DNA of 64,000 bases from Octopus bimaculoides (Eukaryota): the NCBI RefSeq assembly GCF_001194135.2, contig NC_068991.1, positions 75,252,863 to 75,316,862 on the forward strand. The letters are read 5' to 3'. Each line of letters starts with the position of its first letter. Position 1 is the first letter of the stretch. A model generated the notes under the pieces. It was not told where the DNA came from. It made no database searches and saw nothing but the letters and a program-made list of their open reading frames with translations. Below, piece after piece: positions 63,709 through 64,000 of the stretch. Position numbers and translations under genes: made by a program.

Positions 63709-64000
63709 TTAAGTGGCCTTGAAAACAGAACTTTAGACATTAAACAGAACTTTAGACATTAATATGAACACTAATCTAAAGTATTTAGAATCATTTTCTA
63801 ACCTAAAGTAGAATCTGTACTGTATTATACTTTTTAAAGTCTATATTATCAAGTCAGCTTGTTCTCGATTATTATCATAAGAGATCAAATCTAATTAGTC
63901 GAAGACAATTGTATATTTAACAGTGCCAATATTATTAAATCTTACAGTTCTTAGAATTGCTGATGCTTCTTTATGCCAATCACTATGACAGTGATAATGT

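Noticed and set aside
1-64000. Conserved bilaterian or molluscan miRNA hairpins
   Set aside because: I recognised no mature miRNA sequence by eye. A miRBase/MirGeneDB search would be needed to exclude lineage-specific ones.

Overview
AT-rich, repeat-saturated animal genomic DNA from a draft assembly, with six N-gaps, five of them beside (TA)n/(CA)n arrays. The repeat families (several tRNA-derived SINEs, RTE, R4/Dong-like, CR1/L2-group and Penelope-like relics, TTAA-flanked MITEs) and the extreme microsatellite load point to a coleoid cephalopod, most likely Octopus; this is an inference from repeat recognition, not a database result. Almost every ORF in the supplied track is a microsatellite, gap or repeat artefact, and no intact, nameable protein gene is present. 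The only credible host coding signal is a pair of phase-compatible minus-strand exons (30401-30502 and 29156-29217) forming the C-terminus of an unidentified protein. The most interesting signal is a Penelope-like GIY-YIG element (61365-62200, minus) whose 3' tail contains a tRNA-like Pol III cassette followed by a minimal hammerhead ribozyme; the same tail also occurs as free non-autonomous copies, including a head-to-head inverted pair. Also notable are R4/Dong-like relics that mostly sit in (TAA)n, piggyBac-like MITEs with verifiable TTAA duplication, long palindromic elements, and an unexplained diverged duplication near the window start. Boundaries of degenerate repeats are approximate (tens of bp).
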